From IMG/VR virus record IMGVR_UViG_3300034022_000539: 64,000 nucleotides of DNA; one strand, given 5' to 3'. Within the stretch, counting starts at the first letter, position 1. Every line of letters starts with the position of its first letter. This document shows positions 56,153 to 64,000 of the stretch, in pieces. Below the pieces are notes generated by a model, which had not been told where the DNA came from, searched no databases, and worked only from the letters and a program-made list of their open reading frames with translations. This DNA comes from a virus (lineage: Duplodnaviria > Heunggongvirae > Uroviricota > Caudoviricetes). Position numbers and translations under genes: made by a program.

Positions 56153-57076
56153 TTATTTAATACCGATCATAGCATTGGTTTTGTCACCTAGCATAGTTTC
56201 TGGTAATTTACCATTCCATTTGTTAATCCATTCTAATTGAAGTAACATTGGTGTAATAGTTTGTTGTTTTAATCTATTTGCTTCAGCTTCAGCTTTTGCA
56301 GATGCTAACATTGCAGAGGCATTACCATTTGCAGTTGCAACTTTAATTTTAGCTTGTGCTTCTGCTGTTTTAACTTCATTTTCTGCTCTTAACGCTGATT
56401 GTACTGCATTATTCTTAGCTTCAATTGATCTCTTAAATGTTTCAGGATAGATTAAGTTAGATGTGAATTGATTAATAATAAATCCTTCTTGTAATAATTG
56501 TCCTTCTAATAGTCTTCGTACTTCTACTTCAAAAACTGCACGATTTGAAATTAACTCGTCTGCTGTATATTTATTAGTTGCCAATCGGAATGCATCATAA
56601 ACCGCGGTCTTTAAGAAACCTTCTTCGATTTCTGGTAATGATCTACGATACTTTGCAAAGATAGCTGGTACTTTTTCACGTTGAACTGAATAGTTCATGA
56701 TTGGTGAAACTTGAAACTCTGAACCATCTTTAGAGTTTACAATAAACGAATTATCAATATCTTCGGTTTTCTTGTACTCTTTGTGTTGGATATAAGTAGG
56801 GAATTCATAAATCTTTGTAGTAATAGGATTATAGAATACCATACCTGTACATTCTGTTACATCATCTACACCTTTACCACTTCCATATAAATTAACTTTT
56901 ACTCCTACGTGTCCTGCGTCAATACGCTCACATGATTGAAATACTACTACTAAAGCGATAAACGCTACTACTCCGATTAAAATTTTCTTTACCATTTTTT
57001 TAATTTTTAATTGTTTGTTTAATTTTTCTTGTTCTCTTTGTTCTTGCTGGATTTCCCAGTAGCTTTTTTCTGACAT
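56153..57076 (-). CDS. SPFH/band-7 (prohibitin/HflK-like) membrane protein, 307 aa
   Basis: An N-terminal TM helix is followed by an SPFH-like core and a C-terminal Ala/Glu coiled coil. Confidence 0.6.
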   Translation of the reverse strand: MSEKSYWEIQQEQREQEKLNKQLKIKKMVKKILIGVVAFIALVVVFQSCERIDAGHVGVKVNLYGSGKGVDDVTECTGMVFYNPITTKIYEFPTYIQHKEYKKTEDIDNSFIVNSKDGSEFQVSPIMNYSVQREKVPAIFAKYRRSLPEIEEGFLKTAVYDAFRLATNKYTADELISNRAVFEVEVRRLLEGQLLQEGFIINQFTSNLIYPETFKRSIEAKNNAVQSALRAENEVKTAEAQAKIKVATANGNASAMLASAKAEAEANRLKQQTITPMLLQLEWINKWNGKLPETMLGDKTNAMIGIK

Positions 57077-57291
57077 TCTTCAGATTGTTTATAATTGTGA
57101 ATAATTGATTTGCATCTCTCATAGATTAATAATCCAGCAGCAAATCCTACGCTGAATAATAAGATTGGACCTAAATATGCAAAATCTGATTTTGCACTCA
57201 TAAGATTAAAAATCTGATCTCCCACTGGCAATAACGCAATAGTGATTGTCAAGATAATTAAAATGTCCCTAAATAGATTTTTGTAGTTCAT
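57019..57291 (-). CDS. small membrane protein (90 aa), possibly an SPFH partner (NfeD-like role)
   Basis: Has two TM helices and overlaps the start of the SPFH gene. Confidence 0.4.
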   Translation of the reverse strand: MNYKNLFRDILIILTITIALLPVGDQIFNLMSAKSDFAYLGPILLFSVGFAAGLLIYERCKSIIHNYKQSEECQKKATGKSSKNKENKKN

Positions 57292-57320
57292 GTGTATTGT
57301 ACTTGTTAATTGTAAAAAGT

Positions 57321-57527
57321 TTATTTAACGTATTTTCTAATGATTTTGGTTTCCTTCTTGTTTATAACTAAAATGTACTTTTTGTCATATTTAGTTTTAT
57401 ACAATTGATACCTTTGACCATCTTTAAAATACCATTCTTTGGTATAACTATACGCTTTGATTCTTTCCTCTGCGGGTTTACATGAAAACGAGAGGATCGT
57501 CATTAAAAGTATAAGTAAGTATCTCAT
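57321..57527 (-). CDS. small lipoprotein-like protein (68 aa; LSFSC lipobox)
   Basis: Signal peptide plus Cys. Confidence 0.45.
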   Translation of the reverse strand: MRYLLILLMTILSFSCKPAEERIKAYSYTKEWYFKDGQRYQLYKTKYDKKYILVINKKETKIIRKYVK

Positions 57528-57787
57528 TATTTTTCGTTAATGATTACTTGTCCTTCCATTACTCCAAAACCAGATTTCTCAGTAAAGTAATAAGTAGATG
57601 CTTCAGTGGTATCTTTTTTAGTCAAGATCCAAAGACTTGCATCTTTACCTTTCCAGGTAACATTTACTACTCGTGTTCCAGCTTCTAGGTTAATAACCTC
57701 AGTTCCACCAAATGATCTAGCTCTTTGATTTTCTGTACAAGATGCTAGTGAAATAGCTGCGATAGCTATAATGAATAATTTTTTCAT
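57527..57787 (-). CDS. lipoprotein (86 aa; MKKLFIIAIAAISLASC)
   Basis: Classic lipoprotein signal with an LASC lipobox. Its own promoter cassette lies upstream. Confidence 0.6.
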   Translation of the reverse strand: MKKLFIIAIAAISLASCTENQRARSFGGTEVINLEAGTRVVNVTWKGKDASLWILTKKDTTEASTYYFTEKSGFGVMEGQVIINEK

Positions 57788-57800
57788 TTTTAATTGTTTT

Positions 57801-57830
57801 TAATTGTTATAGGGTAAATATACATATAAT
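57801..57830 (-). promoter_or_regulatory. promoter cassette on minus strand (ATTATATGTATATTTACCCTATAACAATTA...AAAAC)
   Basis: Reverse complement nearly identical to the plus-strand cassette GTATATTTACCTTATAATTAAAAC. Confidence 0.65.
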
Positions 57831-57853
57831 TTTCGACATAAAAAAATATATTT

Positions 57854-57873
57854 TAATAAAGTTACGAACAATC
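57854..57873 (-). promoter_or_regulatory. TTGTTCGTAAC upstream box; its TAA is the stop codon of the 47-aa ORF
   Basis: Conserved 11-mer. Confidence 0.5.
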
Positions 57874-58005
57874 TTTCTTTTTATGTTTGTCTTTACGAAA
57901 ATACTTCTTTTTATTACGATAAGGCGCAGGCACTTTAAGAGCATCAAACCATTCCTGTAATGTTATGTTAATTTTTTCTAATTTGATTTTTTTAGTCTCT
58001 TTCAT
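57862..58005 (-). CDS. small very basic protein (47 aa; MKETKKIKLEKINITLQEWFDALKVPAPYRNKKKYFRKDKHKKKDCS), not in ORF track
   Basis: Placed behind the promoter cassette at 58014-58037 with exactly the spacing of the plus-strand genes (TAATTAAAACAGTAGATC-ATG). It ends in the conserved TTGTTCGTAA box. Confidence 0.45.
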   Translation of the reverse strand: MKETKKIKLEKINITLQEWFDALKVPAPYRNKKKYFRKDKHKKKDCS

Positions 58006-58013
58006 GATCTACT

Positions 58014-58037
58014 GTTTTAATTATAAGGCTAATATAC
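58014..58037 (-). promoter_or_regulatory. promoter cassette on minus strand (GTATATTAGCCTTATAATTAAAAC)
   Basis: Motif identity. Confidence 0.65.
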
Positions 58038-58045
58038 TAAAAAAA

Positions 58046-58067
58046 GCCCAAACTAAAAAATCTGGGC
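58046..58067 (-). terminator. rho-independent terminator GCCCAGA-ttttttag-TTTGGGC + T7
   Basis: Hairpin plus T-run. It is paralogous to the terminator at 36140. Confidence 0.8.
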
Positions 58068-58077
58068 TTAACTATTT

Positions 58078-58098
58078 TTAAAAAAGTTACGAACAATT
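58078..58098 (-). promoter_or_regulatory. TTGTTCGTAAC upstream box
   Basis: Conserved 11-mer. Confidence 0.5.
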
Positions 58099-58114
58099 GC
58101 ATATTAAACCAAAA

Positions 58115-58136
58115 AGACCCATCGAATGATGAGTCT
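58115..58136 (-). terminator. hairpin AGACtCATC-attc-GATGgGTCT + TTTTTGG directly 3' of the tRNA
   Basis: A ~9-bp stem followed by a T-run (minus sense). Confidence 0.55.
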
Positions 58137-58143
58137 TCTTTAG

Positions 58144-58217
58144 TGGAGGTGACAGGAATCGAACCTGCGACCCTCTGCGTGCAAGGCAGATGCTCTAGCC
58201 AACTGAGCTACACCCCC
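58144..58217 (-). tRNA. tRNA-Ala (anticodon UGC)
   Basis: The sequence folds into a cloverleaf by hand. The acceptor arm is GGGGGTG/CACCTCC with the G3:U70 Ala identity pair. The D-arm is GCTC/GAGC. The anticodon arm is TCTGC-CTTGCAC-GCAGA. The T-arm is GCAGG-TTCGATT-CCTGT. The discriminator is A and no CCA is encoded. Confidence 0.85.
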
Positions 58218-58440
58218 GCGATACTTATATATCGTATTAATTTTAGCGATGTGAGAAACTAGCCTATTCCATTTAAAACTCATATCACTTCGGGATCTAA
58301 CCGCTCTAATCTCAAGTTCAGTATCAGAACCATTCTGGTATGTGTTGATTAGTAACCTTTATCGTATATATGGTGTCCACCACTTTAGCATCAGAGTGAA
58401 TAAGTCTTAATGCCTACTCGAACAGTTTTTTAAGGTTTAA

Positions 58441-58614
58441 TTAGGCGTTGTTTTTCTCAGATACTTCTGTTCTAACAACTTGCGCTAAGTTTTTGATCTC
58501 TTGCATAGCTTTACGAACTCTTGTTCCAGCTGCTTTGTTTCCGTTTTCAAAGAATTTTGTTGCGTCAGCTTGAACTGCGTTTAATACTTCTTGAATTTGT
58601 GCTAATGTTTCCAT
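58441..58614 (-). CDS. small histone-H1-like / Bacteroidetes-type DNA-binding protein (57 aa; METLAQIQEVLNAVQADATKFFENGNKAAGTRVRKAMQEIKNLAQVVRTEVSEKNNA), not in ORF track
   Basis: The ORF has an AT-rich TATATAAT-type tract upstream. The NKAAGTR(V/A)RKA...IK.LAQ block recalls small proteins annotated as histone H1-like in Bacteroidetes genomes (from memory, not verified). Confidence 0.45.
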   Translation of the reverse strand: METLAQIQEVLNAVQADATKFFENGNKAAGTRVRKAMQEIKNLAQVVRTEVSEKNNA

Positions 58615-58684
58615 GTTTTATATTTGTTTTATTTATTATATATGTTATACTGGGCTGTTCTGGTTTGTTTCAATAGTGTATGAA

Positions 58685-58846
58685 TTAATCTTCTTCTAAT
58701 AGTCCTATCCACAATGCAACATATATCCAGAAGGTATATGGTATAAGTAGGAATATTAATCGCCATGCTATAGCTGATGTTCCGGTCGCTTTAGCAATAC
58801 CACCGCAGACACCTCCAAGGTAACTGTTTGTTTTACTTCTTCTCAA
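58685..58846 (-). CDS. PspC-domain small membrane protein (about 53 aa from a TTG start; ...YLGGVCGGIAKATGTSAIAWRLIFLLIPYTFWIYVALWIGLLEED)
   Basis: A GGVCGG-IA-x5-x-W-R-L-I-F core followed by a TM helix matches the PspC N-terminal domain. There is no ATG. The start is either TTG or a +1 continuation from the overlapping 49-aa ORF. Confidence 0.35.
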   Translation of the reverse strand: MRRSKTNSYLGGVCGGIAKATGTSAIAWRLIFLLIPYTFWIYVALWIGLLEED

Positions 58847-58982
58847 TTTTATCTTTTTTTATTATGTTACCGTTTTCGTCCACTTCTGGTGCCTTATACA
58901 TATGATATGCAATAAAGCATCCTGTTATCAATAAGTAACCAATGATTACTTCTACTGTATTGTTTTGTATTAATCCCACCAT
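58833..58982 (-). CDS. small TM protein (49 aa; MVGLIQNNTVEVIIGYLLITGCFIAYHMYK...), start overlaps the stop of the upstream gene
   Basis: ATGGTGGGATTAA start/stop overlap with the 58970-59605 gene. Confidence 0.35.
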   Translation of the reverse strand: MVGLIQNNTVEVIIGYLLITGCFIAYHMYKAPEVDENGNIIKKDKIEKK

Positions 58983-59605
58983 CTTTGAATATTTTCTTCC
59001 ATTAACTTAAATAACAATTTGCTTGCTCTATTATGGTTGATGTGCCCAATATTCATTGCAATAACTTGTTTGTCATCTTCACGACCATCACGACCAAATG
59101 GACCTTCACCTGCTAAAACTCTTTTATAGATCAATGGATATTTCTTAAAGAAATCATCAAAATTCTCTTCTAATAAACGAGATTCCCATGAGCTATAACC
59201 TTCTTTTCCTGGCACGTCTTCAAACCAATGTTTTGTTTTATGATAATCAGAGTATTCTGAGCTGTAAAAATCATCATCAATTAGTTTCATTAATCGAACG
59301 CATGTCATCATAATTTCAGCATCTCTTTGAGCTCTTGTGTGAATATCGCGGGCTCCAATATATTTTGATTGAGCTTTGATTTTGTGCATCATGATTTCAA
59401 AGATATAGTGAGAATCCCAATTACGATCTTTCCAAATGATAGGAAACCAATAAATTATATTCTTAACTCCGGTTTTGAACATCTTAGGGTAATACTTACC
59501 TTCATGATCCCACCAAAGTGGTATAAACCTAAGCTTTCTCACTATCCATGGTTTTTTGGATCTCTCTTCTTCCCATTGGTCGAATACGTCTAATTCTGGT
59601 TCCAT
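58970..59605 (-). CDS. hypothetical protein (211 aa)
   Basis: ORF. Confidence 0.6.
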   Translation of the reverse strand: MEPELDVFDQWEEERSKKPWIVRKLRFIPLWWDHEGKYYPKMFKTGVKNIIYWFPIIWKDRNWDSHYIFEIMMHKIKAQSKYIGARDIHTRAQRDAEIMMTCVRLMKLIDDDFYSSEYSDYHKTKHWFEDVPGKEGYSSWESRLLEENFDDFFKKYPLIYKRVLAGEGPFGRDGREDDKQVIAMNIGHINHNRASKLLFKLMEENIQRWWD

Positions 59606-59623
59606 CTTATTTATATTTAAATT

Positions 59624-60355
59624 TTAATTAATGTTTATGATAAAATCAAAGTCTTTTGAATATTTCTTTTTAAGTTCATTCAAGATTATCTGAGTATATA
59701 TTTTAGCACCTTCTGGTGTAGTATGTGACTTATCAGTTGGTGAATAAAAGTCTTTTGCTTTATCTTGTCCAATCTCTTCTAAAAACACTGACAGTATTTC
59801 ATTTGTATCTAGAAAACCAACTTTAGTTTCATTTGCAATGTCTTCCATAATTCTAGCATATTCTATTGAATAAGTTCTTTTATGGTGACCATCTTCCCAT
59901 GTATTTCTTGGTATTTGACTTAAAAAATATAGTTTTGCGCCTTTGTCTTTTACCATTTGAGCTAGTCTTCTTAGATATTCGCCAAATGTATATACCGTAT
60001 ACTCAACTTTATAATGTTCATCATAGACTATTTCAAATCTATCATCTTTTCCGGGTAATGATCCTCTTGCACCAAATCCACCAAAATCTGTTCTTGATAA
60101 TGGTGATCTTTCTAATGTACCAAAAGATGCTAACAATATATCGTTTTCTTTAAGATTAGATACTATCAAATCTAAGATCTTAGCCTTGCGATTAAAGAAA
60201 TCACGAATACCCCAACCAATCATACATTTATTTTCACTAATACATTTAGTGGTATCTAGATATTCATTGACATATTCTGCCCAACCTATCGTATCATCAC
60301 TGCAATCTTTTAGTCTGGCACCAGATGTTGAATCTCCTATAACTACCAGTTTCAT
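59624..60355 (-). CDS. SGNH/GDSL-family hydrolase (esterase/acylhydrolase), 243 aa
   Basis: Has the N-terminal block-I motif VVIGDSTS. Confidence 0.65.
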   Translation of the reverse strand: MKLVVIGDSTSGARLKDCSDDTIGWAEYVNEYLDTTKCISENKCMIGWGIRDFFNRKAKILDLIVSNLKENDILLASFGTLERSPLSRTDFGGFGARGSLPGKDDRFEIVYDEHYKVEYTVYTFGEYLRRLAQMVKDKGAKLYFLSQIPRNTWEDGHHKRTYSIEYARIMEDIANETKVGFLDTNEILSVFLEEIGQDKAKDFYSPTDKSHTTPEGAKIYTQIILNELKKKYSKDFDFIININ

Positions 60356-60360
60356 ATTGA

Positions 60361-60735
60361 TTATTTTGTTTTATGATTTTCTTCTAAATATTCATATAAT
60401 GATTCAAATGAATAACATATTGGATTACCTTCTTTGTCGTGTGCTCCGAATCTAACTTCACCGCTTTTGTGTTCAAGTTCCATGTTACCCTCTTCGTTTA
60501 TTTTATATGAATCAGATGTTGACCAATCTTTTTGACCATATTCACTGTCATGACAAAACCAACTAAACCAATCGTAACCCTCTTCGCCATATATTTCTTT
60601 GATCAATTCTGAAATAATCTCATGATATGGATCAACAAAATTAATTAGATCTACACCATTCGTATATAATGCGTTAATGGTTCTGTCTTCTTTTTGAAGG
60701 CTTAGAATTACTTTTAAAAATCTTTCGTATGTCAT
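60361..60735 (-). CDS. hypothetical protein (124 aa)
   Basis: ORF. Confidence 0.55.
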   Translation of the reverse strand: MTYERFLKVILSLQKEDRTINALYTNGVDLINFVDPYHEIISELIKEIYGEEGYDWFSWFCHDSEYGQKDWSTSDSYKINEEGNMELEHKSGEVRFGAHDKEGNPICYSFESLYEYLEENHKTK

Positions 60736-60947
60736 TTGTTGTCAAATTTTTCATGGTCAATTTTACCAGTTAATTGATATGCTTGCCATAAACTAGATAC
60801 TGCATCATCTATATGTTTGCCAATCTCAGATTCTATTTTTGCGACTGGATGTTGCTGTAAATGATCGTCAGCCATACACATTATAACATGTAATCTGTCT
60901 AACATTTCGTGATAATGAAACTTATCTAATTTAGGTTTGGTACTCAT
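60732..60947 (-). CDS. hypothetical protein (71 aa)
   Basis: ORF with a 4-nt overlap. Confidence 0.5.
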   Translation of the reverse strand: MSTKPKLDKFHYHEMLDRLHVIMCMADDHLQQHPVAKIESEIGKHIDDAVSSLWQAYQLTGKIDHEKFDNK

Positions 60948-60950
60948 TAA

Positions 60951-61151
60951 TTATATATTTCTAGACAAAATACTAACCTCTTCCTCTTTTACTAGTTCCT
61001 CAATATCACTCCAACATAATTGAATTTCATGTGATTCTGGACTGCCTTCTTCGATTTCATCAATACATAACTGAACTAATGATTTTACCTCTTCTTTAAG
61101 TTGAGGATATTTGGTCATAACCAAATTTGCGAATTCTATTAAATTTGTCAT
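60951..61151 (-). CDS. hypothetical acidic protein (66 aa)
   Basis: ORF. Confidence 0.45.
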   Translation of the reverse strand: MTNLIEFANLVMTKYPQLKEEVKSLVQLCIDEIEEGSPESHEIQLCWSDIEELVKEEEVSILSRNI

Positions 61152-61576
61152 TTTTTTGTTTTTAAATTAATGTTTGCAATAATATTATCTAGTGAATGTG
61201 TAACGTTTTCCATGATCTCATCTTCCATTTCTAACCTTATTCCATTTAATTTTAAATCGAAAAAGTTTTTTAATTTAATATTGTGTGAGCCATAAAATGA
61301 TATATCGTAACTATAAACATGATTTACAATTTTAAGACTTGATTCGTCTATAATTATAAAGTAATCACCGTTTTTAACATATCTTCTGTCTAAATATGGA
61401 CCTGAATATAATAATTCTGAATCCGGATCATTTAAGAGTCTCATACAAATTGTTCTTGCCTTTTGTTGAGTAGGATCTAATTTTCTACTAGAATATGCAA
61501 CAGGATCAAAAGTTTTCTTAACTTTGATTTTTGCTTTTACAAAAGCTCTTTTGAAATAATGGAGTATACGTTTCAT
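61148..61576 (-). CDS. hypothetical protein (142 aa)
   Basis: ORF with a 4-nt overlap. Confidence 0.55.
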   Translation of the reverse strand: MKRILHYFKRAFVKAKIKVKKTFDPVAYSSRKLDPTQQKARTICMRLLNDPDSELLYSGPYLDRRYVKNGDYFIIIDESSLKIVNHVYSYDISFYGSHNIKLKNFFDLKLNGIRLEMEDEIMENVTHSLDNIIANINLKTKK

Positions 61577-61582
61577 TTTTTC

Positions 61583-61843
61583 TTAGTTTAGTTCCTCAAT
61601 AATAAGTTCACTTTCGTGAGCACTTTGTATACTTAAACCATATTCATTAAAGATGGCTTCAAACTGACTAGGATTCATTGCTATTTGAATAGCAGCATCT
61701 GAATGATCAGTACCAAGTTCAATTGCATCTTGTGGATCTATATTAATAAATCCTAAATAATTTTCATGGTTCTTATCGAATTGATAATCCTTTGAAATCA
61801 TCTCGATGTATGCCCTTGTTGTAATTTTTGCTTGTTTAGCCAT
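61583..61843 (-). CDS. hypothetical protein (86 aa)
   Basis: ORF. Confidence 0.5.
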   Translation of the reverse strand: MAKQAKITTRAYIEMISKDYQFDKNHENYLGFINIDPQDAIELGTDHSDAAIQIAMNPSQFEAIFNEYGLSIQSAHESELIIEELN

Positions 61844-61872
61844 CTTATTTTTTAGTTATACTGTTAAATTAA

Positions 61873-62505
61873 TTATTGTTTATCTTGTAATTTCTCTAAT
61901 TCTTTCTCTAATCTTGAAATGCTACCCCAAATTGGATTTGCAGTTGGATCTATTGCTATGATTTGATCTCTCAATTCAGTTTGTCTACCTCGACTATAAA
62001 ATCTTTCTTCGATTGCAGATGCCAATTCTTGTAAATGATCTGGTGCCCAAATACTAATTCTTAAATCATAATTAGACCATTTGGTTTTCCAATCAACAAA
62101 CATAATACCACCTGTAAGTTTCTTTGATAGATTGTGTAGTCTGCGATTTCTAACTCTAACAATTGAATTATCACTACCAAATAAGTGCAAGAATCTTAAG
62201 AACCATCTTGGACACCATTTTGGTTTGGCTTCATAATCTAATGCAAGTACTAATGGAAATAATGCTTTATAATATACACTATCTTCTCGCCAAACACTAG
62301 TTCCTAAGTATCGATATTTCTCACCGAAATTCTTTGGAAAGAAAACAGCCCAAACATCTTTGAATCTAATGTTCATTGTGCCAATCATTCCTTTAGAACG
62401 ACCTTTCCAAAATATCACGCAATACAATAACATTGTAGCAAAGTCTTTTGCTTTTTTGCTAAATGGTCTATTGTCTTTAAATTCAAATTTGCTTTTCTGT
62501 TTCAT
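61873..62505 (-). CDS. hypothetical protein (210 aa)
   Basis: ORF. Confidence 0.55.
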   Translation of the reverse strand: MKQKSKFEFKDNRPFSKKAKDFATMLLYCVIFWKGRSKGMIGTMNIRFKDVWAVFFPKNFGEKYRYLGTSVWREDSVYYKALFPLVLALDYEAKPKWCPRWFLRFLHLFGSDNSIVRVRNRRLHNLSKKLTGGIMFVDWKTKWSNYDLRISIWAPDHLQELASAIEERFYSRGRQTELRDQIIAIDPTANPIWGSISRLEKELEKLQDKQ

Positions 62506-62510
62506 GTTAA

Positions 62511-63218
62511 TTATATAAAAGTTATTTCATTAGTTTCAGGATCCCAATCAAACGTTACTGGCTTGTTTACATATTCATATCTTTCGTTTAAGATTGATGC
62601 GTTAAAGAAGTGAGTACCATTATGGAATTTGTAACCATATCCACCATGAATGTGTCCAAATACATGAATCTTAGGTGGTTGCTCGTCTACTTTTTCTCTA
62701 AGCAATTCACATCCTAAATGAGGCTCATTATATGGAGGTCCACTCATATCTAAATGATCTTGTGGTGGTCCATGTGTGATAAGAATATCTGTGTCTTTTG
62801 GAATTGCTTCCCATTTTGACATCAAACCTGGACCGCATCTTGGTAAATTAAATGCCCAACTATAAAATTCAGGTTGCCAAGGCGTACCATAAATAACAAT
62901 TTGTTGGTCATTTTCATCCCATAGATCTAATCGATTATCTTGAAGATAATCAATGTTCTTATAAGAAGTATAAATCTCACTTGCCATTTCTGGGTCAGTT
63001 TCAAAGATTCTATCGTGGTTTCCTGCAATAAAAACTTTATTGCTATATTGCTCTAATCCTTCAAACCATTTACAAAATTGGTTAATATCCACTGGATTTC
63101 TACCAGAATTCATAATGTCTCCTGCGTGGATTAATAAGTCTCCACCTGGGAGATCTTTAGGATCGTAAGATAACTCATCATGCTTTGTGTGAGTATCTGA
63201 AATTAATGTTATTCTCAT
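62511..63218 (-). CDS. calcineurin-like metallophosphoesterase (235 aa)
   Basis: The motif series is present: ISDTH (DxH), GDIMNSG (GDxx), AGNHD (GNH[DE]), ITHGPP, FGHIHGG. Confidence 0.75.
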   Translation of the reverse strand: MRITLISDTHTKHDELSYDPKDLPGGDLLIHAGDIMNSGRNPVDINQFCKWFEGLEQYSNKVFIAGNHDRIFETDPEMASEIYTSYKNIDYLQDNRLDLWDENDQQIVIYGTPWQPEFYSWAFNLPRCGPGLMSKWEAIPKDTDILITHGPPQDHLDMSGPPYNEPHLGCELLREKVDEQPPKIHVFGHIHGGYGYKFHNGTHFFNASILNERYEYVNKPVTFDWDPETNEITFI

Positions 63219-63387
63219 ATGTTATTGTTCTAATCTTTCTTTGATTTGTTCTATACAATCCTCTATACTACTACCACATCCCATTGTTTCATCGCAATCT
63301 TCAGTATTATTAAACACATACTTAGATTCAGGGTGTGATGGCCAATAGTTTTCGTTTTCTTCGATAAGATAGTTCTTGTAGTTCATA

Positions 63388-63711
63388 TTATGATACTTTA
63401 GATTTTAATGTAGATTCAACATGTGATATGAATTCTGTAGCACGAGACTTACTACCAACGTTCCATCTAGTTAATTGATTCATGGTATATTCTTGGTCAT
63501 ATGTTTTCCAATCATAAACCGTATAGATTTCTCCATTAAATTCAAAGATCCATTCAAAATTAACTTTACCGTCACCAGAATCTTCAGGTGTACATGTAGG
63601 CTCTCCGAAGGCTTCACATAAATTACCGTAAGTTACATTGTCTAAATAACCACTTAATGATGTTCCTGAAGCATCAGCTTCTGATCTTGAAAGTTTTTTA
63701 AAATTTGTCAT
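63388..63711 (-). CDS. hypothetical protein (107 aa; MTNFKKLSRSEADASG...)
   Basis: The ORF sits behind the promoter cassette at 63722-63745 with the conserved spacing (TAATTAAAACACTAATCAAT-ATG). Confidence 0.6.
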   Translation of the reverse strand: MTNFKKLSRSEADASGTSLSGYLDNVTYGNLCEAFGEPTCTPEDSGDGKVNFEWIFEFNGEIYTVYDWKTYDQEYTMNQLTRWNVGSKSRATEFISHVESTLKSKVS

Positions 63712-63721
63712 ATTGATTAGT

Positions 63722-63745
63722 GTTTTAATTATAAGGCTAATATAC
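63722..63745 (-). promoter_or_regulatory. promoter cassette on minus strand (GTATATTAGCCTTATAATTAAAAC)
   Basis: Motif identity. Confidence 0.65.
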
Positions 63746-63754
63746 TAAAAAAAA

Positions 63755-63776
63755 GCCAAACAAAAAAATGTTTGGC
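63755..63776 (-). terminator. rho-independent terminator GCCAAACA-ttttttt-GTTTGGC + T8
   Basis: A 7-8-bp stem plus a T-run (minus sense). Confidence 0.8.
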
Positions 63777-63788
63777 TGATTATTTTTT

Positions 63789-63807
63789 AAAAAGTTACGA
63801 ACATTTG
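63789..63807 (-). promoter_or_regulatory. TTGTTCGTAAC upstream box (CAAATGTTCGTAACTTTTT), containing the stop codon of the partial gene
   Basis: Conserved 11-mer. Confidence 0.5.
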
Positions 63808-64000
63808 CAGATTTTGATGTTAATATCTTTAAGGAATTCATGTATTTTAAAAAGTGATGGTTTTGCGTTCTCGTGTTCTAATGTAAACCACCAACCTTTA
63901 CCTTCACTATCAGTGATACTTATAGTACCCGATATGAATTCATATACCCTTTCTACTGTAATATTCTGCATTACAGTTTGACCATATTGATCTTTAACAT
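63795..64000 (-). CDS. 3' end of a gene continuing beyond the window (ends ...DINIKICKCS*)
   Basis: 68 codons are open in this frame up to the window edge, followed by a stop inside the TTGTTCGTAA box. AT-rich DNA rarely stays open this long by chance. Confidence 0.45.
   Translation of the reverse strand, partial: VKDQYGQTVMQNITVERVYEFISGTISITDSEGKGWWFTLEHENAKPSLFKIHEFLKDINIKICKCS

Noticed and set aside
9335-63981. Numerous 60-95-aa plus-strand ORFs inside the minus-strand gene block (for example 9335-9556, 13259-13543, 15730-15948, 16048-16342, 29960-30166, 39748-39987, 45793-46062, 59866-60455, 63772-63981)
   Set aside because: All lie antisense within longer, motif-supported minus-strand genes. 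They are Phe/Ile/Leu/Tyr-rich, as expected for the complement of AT-rich coding DNA, and they lack the conserved promoter/start context.
1-64000. Eukaryotic giant-virus origin (collagen-like repeats, KDO gene and multi-domain GTs are reminiscent of mimivirus/CroV)
   Set aside because: The signals are bacterial: sigma-A-type promoters, intrinsic terminators, a bacterial-type tRNA-Ala with a G3:U70 pair, peptidoglycan amidase and glucosaminidase lysins, 1-4-nt start/stop gene overlaps, and no introns or eukaryotic promoter motifs.

Overview
This is an AT-rich (about 30% GC), very gene-dense window that reads as part of a large lytic tailed-phage (jumbo-phage-like) genome. The host is probably a Gram-negative bacterium, most likely a Bacteroidetes/Flavobacteriia type. 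Several lines of evidence point that way: mRNA leaders are short and lack Shine-Dalgarno sequences, the promoters look like TTTG(-33)/TAnnTTT(A/G)(-7), there are rho-independent hairpin+T-run terminators, a bacterial-type tRNA-Ala is present, two peptidoglycan hydrolases are encoded, and there is a near-canonical KdsA.

Layout of the window:
(i) 1-1700: a GC-rich noncoding island full of short palindromes and degenerate tandem repeats.
(ii) 1700-7660: a plus-strand block of small early-type genes, each behind an almost identical ~35-bp promoter cassette. It also holds two paralogous small-RNA-like units, a 383-aa protein and a RecA/DnaB-superfamily ATPase.
(iii) 7660-8375: a second GC-rich repeat/iteron island.
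(iv) 8376-64000: about 55 kb of minus-strand genes. These include a glycan module (two NAD-dependent epimerase/dehydratases, several putative glycosyltransferases, a 1068-aa three-module GT9/GT4/GT9 glycosyltransferase and KdsA). They also include four giant repeat proteins: a vWA protein ending in a Hint/BIL autoprocessing domain, a 1294-aa collagen-like protein and two Pro/Thr-repeat proteins. The remainder are lysis genes (PG-binding amidase endolysin, membrane-anchored glucosaminidase), recombination and nucleotide enzymes, a secreted non-specific nuclease, thioredoxin, an SPFH protein and lipoproteins. tRNA-Ala(UGC) is embedded in repeated terminator+promoter modules.

The most striking feature is that at least 18 otherwise unrelated proteins share a protein-level-conserved 13-residue N-terminal leader, MK[HY][IV]KLFE[EQ]F[IV]NE. 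Its members include a NUDIX hydrolase, a HAD phosphatase, a P-loop kinase and an 811-aa protein. The leader resembles the phage T4 capsid-targeting sequence (MKTYQEFIAE, cut by the prohead protease after L/I-x-E). I propose it is a targeting/propeptide tag for a large set of virion-packaged, possibly host-injected, cargo proteins.
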